DNA from: an uncultured Candidatus Cloacimonadota bacterium
GTDB lineage: Bacteria; Cloacimonadota; Cloacimonadia; Cloacimonadales; JAJBBL01
Direction: 5' to 3'
DNA: 64,000 bases
NCBI GenBank assembly: GCA_964490765.1
Contig: CAZBDV010000001.1
Coordinates: 50,685-114,684, forward strand
A program made the translations under genes and the position numbers. A model generated the notes under the pieces. That model saw only the letters and a list, made by a program, of their open reading frames with translations. It was not told the DNA's origin and did not search any database. Shown here in pieces: positions 60,912 to 64,000 of the stretch (positions within the stretch are counted from its first letter, which is position 1; each line of letters begins with the position of its first letter).

Positions 60912-62620
60912 ATTTCCTCTTCAGTTTCTGAATTAGACAGAGGGAAGCTTATATAGAAAGTTGCTCCACCCTCTTTGTTGTTAGTGTGTTCTATCTTCCC
61001 TTTAAATCTATCGACAATTCTCTTTACGATAGCTAGACCAAGACCCATATTTTCAGCTGTATTCTTTGTTGAATAAAATGGGTCAAAAAGCTTCTCACCG
61101 ATATTATCGGGAAGTCCTGGACCGTTATCCTCTATTTCAATGAAGGCTCGGGATTCTTTCTTATAGGATTTGACAAGAATATATTTTTCTGTTCTGTCAC
61201 AAGCATCCAGGACCTGAATAGCATTATTTATCAGGTTTATGATGATCTGTTCGATATATATCTGGTTACTCTCTATATGGAGTTCCGAGGTGCATAATTC
61301 TCTCTTCAGATTGATGTTATGAGTGAACAACTGTCTGCTGATCAGTGAAAGAGCATTTTCAAGTGTCTTGTTCAACTCTACCCTGTCAGATCTATCGATT
61401 TCTGGATTGACCCAGAATAGTCTCATATGTTTTATGATCTCATCGATGCGTTGAGAGGAATCGGATATCTGTTTCAATTCTTCTATAAAGAGTTCTGGCA
61501 ATACTCCCGGGTTACGCTTGTTCCAGAATAGAATACTGTCTGTACTGATTTTAATGGCATTCAAGGGTTGATTTATTTCATGAGTAATTCCTGCCGCAAT
61601 AACACCGATAGAGGCCAAACGAGATGCTTTTTCAATAATTCTCATAGCCTCGAGTTGTTTCTTTTCCATCTCAAAACTGCTCTGGATTTCGCTGATCTTG
61701 TTAGATAGTTCATCGGTATAGATCCTGTCTTTTAACTCGGTGTATTTGCGATAATAATCATAGGCCTTCCTAAACTCACCCATATCTTTGTATGTCTCAG
61801 AGATTATCCTGTAAGCTTCTTTCAGTTGGTCTTTTATCTTGATGCTTAAGGCTATCTTTTCAGCTCTCTTTAAATAATCCAGTGCTTTTGTATATTCTCC
61901 AGTCTGGTGATAAACTGTTCCAATTGCGATATATGCTGAAATAATAATGAATTTGTCATCCAGTTCCTTGAGCATCTTTACTGCGTCCTGAAAATATGTA
62001 AGAGCTTTCTCGTACTTCTGCATCTTAAAATAGATATCACCAATATTGACGAGAGTTATAGCTGCACTTCTTTGTTCGCCATTCTCTACTGAGATCCGGT
62101 TGGCAGCCCAGAGATATTCCAGAGCTTTTTCGTATTCCTCTTTATATGAATAGATTATTCCGGCGTTATTGAAAGGCCTTTGGTAGGTTTCGTTATACTT
62201 GATAGATTCCAGAAAGCAGTCAAGAGCACGATCATAATCTTTCAACTTCTCGTATATCTGACCGATATTGTTCAAGATATCGGCTATACGAATCGTGTTA
62301 TTTATCTCCCGGTTTTCTTTTAGTGCTTTTAAGAGATACTCAAGAGCCTTGTCATAGTTATCGAGATAGATATAGTTCAAACCGATTAAATTATAGGCAT
62401 ACCCGGCACGATTCTGATCGTGTAGCTGTCTGGATAATGTCAGAACCTGTTCAGCATATTCTTTGCTTTTTGTATACTGACTGTTCCTCCAGCAAGTTTC
62501 TGCCAGGTCAATGCAGAGTTGCATCTTCTCATTATCATTATGACTATTGGCAAGATTCTGTTCTAATTTCCCTATTTTATCGTTCTTCTTCGTTATACTA
62601 CCATTGTCTTTCTGTCCCAT
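60908..62620 (-). CDS. cytoplasmic TPR-repeat sensor histidine kinase
   Basis: About 7 TPR repeats (NLIG..Y...Y.KAL.Y..KAL), H-box THEINQPL, N-box NLINNA, DNGPG, FDPFYSTK and GLGL. No TM segment. Confidence 0.93.
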   Translation of the reverse strand: MGQKDNGSITKKNDKIGKLEQNLANSHNDNEKMQLCIDLAETCWRNSQYTKSKEYAEQVLTLSRQLHDQNRAGYAYNLIGLNYIYLDNYDKALEYLLKALKENREINNTIRIADILNNIGQIYEKLKDYDRALDCFLESIKYNETYQRPFNNAGIIYSYKEEYEKALEYLWAANRISVENGEQRSAAITLVNIGDIYFKMQKYEKALTYFQDAVKMLKELDDKFIIISAYIAIGTVYHQTGEYTKALDYLKRAEKIALSIKIKDQLKEAYRIISETYKDMGEFRKAYDYYRKYTELKDRIYTDELSNKISEIQSSFEMEKKQLEAMRIIEKASRLASIGVIAAGITHEINQPLNAIKISTDSILFWNKRNPGVLPELFIEELKQISDSSQRIDEIIKHMRLFWVNPEIDRSDRVELNKTLENALSLISRQLFTHNINLKRELCTSELHIESNQIYIEQIIINLINNAIQVLDACDRTEKYILVKSYKKESRAFIEIEDNGPGLPDNIGEKLFDPFYSTKNTAENMGLGLAIVKRIVDRFKGKIEHTNNKEGGATFYISFPLSNSETEEEI

Positions 62621-62775
62621 TATTGAGTCCTGTTTGTCCAGTCTGTTAAGTCCACTAAGAATGCTAATCGTTTAATTATCCATAAAATTCATTTTTTGCT
62701 GATGATTCTGTCAATTAAAATATGAGGAGAGCAGAGCGATAACACGATTATCCGAGCATGCAGGATCGACTGCAG

Positions 62776-62814
62776 AAAAAAAGAACGGTTTGTTTTATTA
62801 TCAAACCGTTCTTT
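62776..62814 (-). terminator. intrinsic terminator
   Basis: AAAGAACGGTTTG...CAAACCGTTCTTT with a minus-strand U-tract, just after the stop at 62841. Confidence 0.85.
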
Positions 62815-62840
62815 CGCTAAGTAAGATAGATTTTATGTCT

Positions 62841-63620
62841 CTATTTAATTAATGACATCTTTCTGACAGAACTGAAACCTTCTGTCTGCATTTTGTAGAA
62901 ATAGATACCACTGGCTACAGCTTCTCCCCTCTCGTTGGTGCCATCCCATATTATTCTGTGCTCTCCAGCAGTGAACTGATCTTTATCTACAAGGGTTTTT
63001 ACTCTTCTTCCACGTATATCGTAAACTATAATGCTCACAGGTTCTTCTTTATTCAGTGAAAACGTTATTATCGTCTCGGGATTGAACGGATTGGGATAGT
63101 TCCACTTAAGATGGGTAATATACGGAATATTGTTCTCCTCAGTTGCATCCAGGTTATATGGCGGAACAATCATCTGATCTTCTTCACCTAACTGATAGAT
63201 TGGTCCAAATCCTGATGGGATAGTGATATCTCTGATGGCACTTTCTTCATTCTCAGTATAGATAATATTGATCCGAAGAATCGAATCTGTAGGCCAGATC
63301 ATTGGGAAAGCTGACTGATCAATAATTGCTATAACTCTGGGGTTATCCGTATCAGCACCGGAGAGAACGATTCTTAATGCCCTGACAGGAGTTTCATCGT
63401 CTTCAGAGTTGACCGTGGCAATAACTTCGTCATCAACTATCAACAATGCCTCGATCTGATAGAGATCAGAATGGCTAATGCCCGTATTAGACACAAGTTC
63501 AACAATTTCACAATCATCAAGTACCAATTGCTGCAAGATCAATCTCGGATAAACAATCGTATATAGCGGTAATGATGTCAGCAGACAGATAAGAGCGACC
63601 AGTATAATAATTTTTCCCAT
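62841..63620 (-). CDS. secreted protein of unknown function with a C-terminal FlgD-Ig/T9SS-CTD-like domain
   Basis: Signal peptide, about 140 aa of unrecognised domain, then NYPNPFNPETIITF...KMSLIK. Confidence 0.85.
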   Translation of the reverse strand: MGKIIILVALICLLTSLPLYTIVYPRLILQQLVLDDCEIVELVSNTGISHSDLYQIEALLIVDDEVIATVNSEDDETPVRALRIVLSGADTDNPRVIAIIDQSAFPMIWPTDSILRINIIYTENEESAIRDITIPSGFGPIYQLGEEDQMIVPPYNLDATEENNIPYITHLKWNYPNPFNPETIITFSLNKEEPVSIIVYDIRGRRVKTLVDKDQFTAGEHRIIWDGTNERGEAVASGIYFYKMQTEGFSSVRKMSLIK

Positions 63621-63628
63621 TTTTCACC

Positions 63629-64000
63629 TCATTCCTTATTAAAATTCTCATTGGGGGATAGATTGTTGATTATTCTTCCTTTATCCCTGTCCGGATCTGG
63701 CCAGTAAAATTCTTGATTAGAATATATCAAGAGAGGCCACGCAATTGTTACAGGAAAATCTGCTTCCCAGTATGTGTCGATCCTTGCTGCACTGTGAAAG
63801 ACCTGCTCCTCTGAATGCCAGTAAGATATCTGCTTAATTATGTAACCACCAATATCTCCAGCCACATGGCTGGCCATATTGATTTCAGGTCTTTCCAATG
63901 GAACCATTACGGGATTTATTCCGACAACGATATGATATACAGGGTATTCTTGAGGTACATATCCGGAACTGTAATAATCAAATGGTGTAAGGGCATTAAT
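63629..64000 (-). CDS. hypothetical protein, partial (N-terminus beyond window end)
   Basis: The frame is open from 64000 (INALTPFDYYSSGYVPQEYPVYHIVVGINPVMVPLE...) to the stop at 63629. It ends 8 nt before the next ATG. Confidence 0.7.
   Translation of the reverse strand: MNALTPFDYYSSGYVPQEYPVYHIVVGINPVMVPLERPEINMASHVAGDIGGYIIKQISYWHSEEQVFHSAARIDTYWEADFPVTIAWPLLIYSNQEFYWPDPDRDKGRIINNLSPNENFNKE

Noticed and set aside
2822-62649. Numerous 60-190 aa ORFs antisense to or nested in long genes
   Set aside because: They lie within well-supported CDSs and show no recognisable motifs.
62651-62671. Tiny minus-strand ORF MNFMDN as a signalling peptide for the TPR kinase
   Set aside because: It has only 6 codons, overlaps the putative -10 region, and has no SD or export signal.
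1-64000. CRISPR arrays, tRNA/rRNA, IS or integrase genes, reverse transcriptase/DGR repeats, defence systems, frameshifts
   Set aside because: None seen by eye. Spacers are short and non-periodic, and all long ORFs appear intact.

Overview
Gene-dense bacterial chromosome segment with about 40 CDS. I saw no tRNA/rRNA genes, CRISPR array or mobile element. Four secreted proteins end in a 'YPNPF...IYNIKGQLV...WDG..GR.V.SG.YF.R..KM...K' FlgD-Ig/T9SS-CTD-like sorting domain. Together with the peptidase-rich content, this suggests an FCB-group anaerobe, probably Candidatus Cloacimonadota (inference only). Housekeeping genes are valS, leuS, metG, rdgB, PMM/PGM, hflX, rnr, yicC, miaB, lysC, dapB, dapF and murB. 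Transporters are two TolC-MFP-RND operons, a MATE pump and a P-type ATPase. Peptidases are S8, S41 (tricorn-like) and M20. The best candidate for an undescribed system is at 52.2-64 kb. There, a soluble TPR histidine kinase and an NtrC-type activator are followed by two enhancer-like repeats and a perfect sigma54 -24/-12 promoter. That promoter reads into a stand-alone receiver protein and two large CTD-tagged secreted proteins, and sigma54-like motifs also precede the CTD-tagged S8 protease. Other leads are a ChpT/Spo0B-like pseudokinase in a spoVG-like-hflX operon, a 6S-like rod RNA candidate, and TTGAC-dominated promoters with possible leaderless starts. All calls are by eye; no searches were run.
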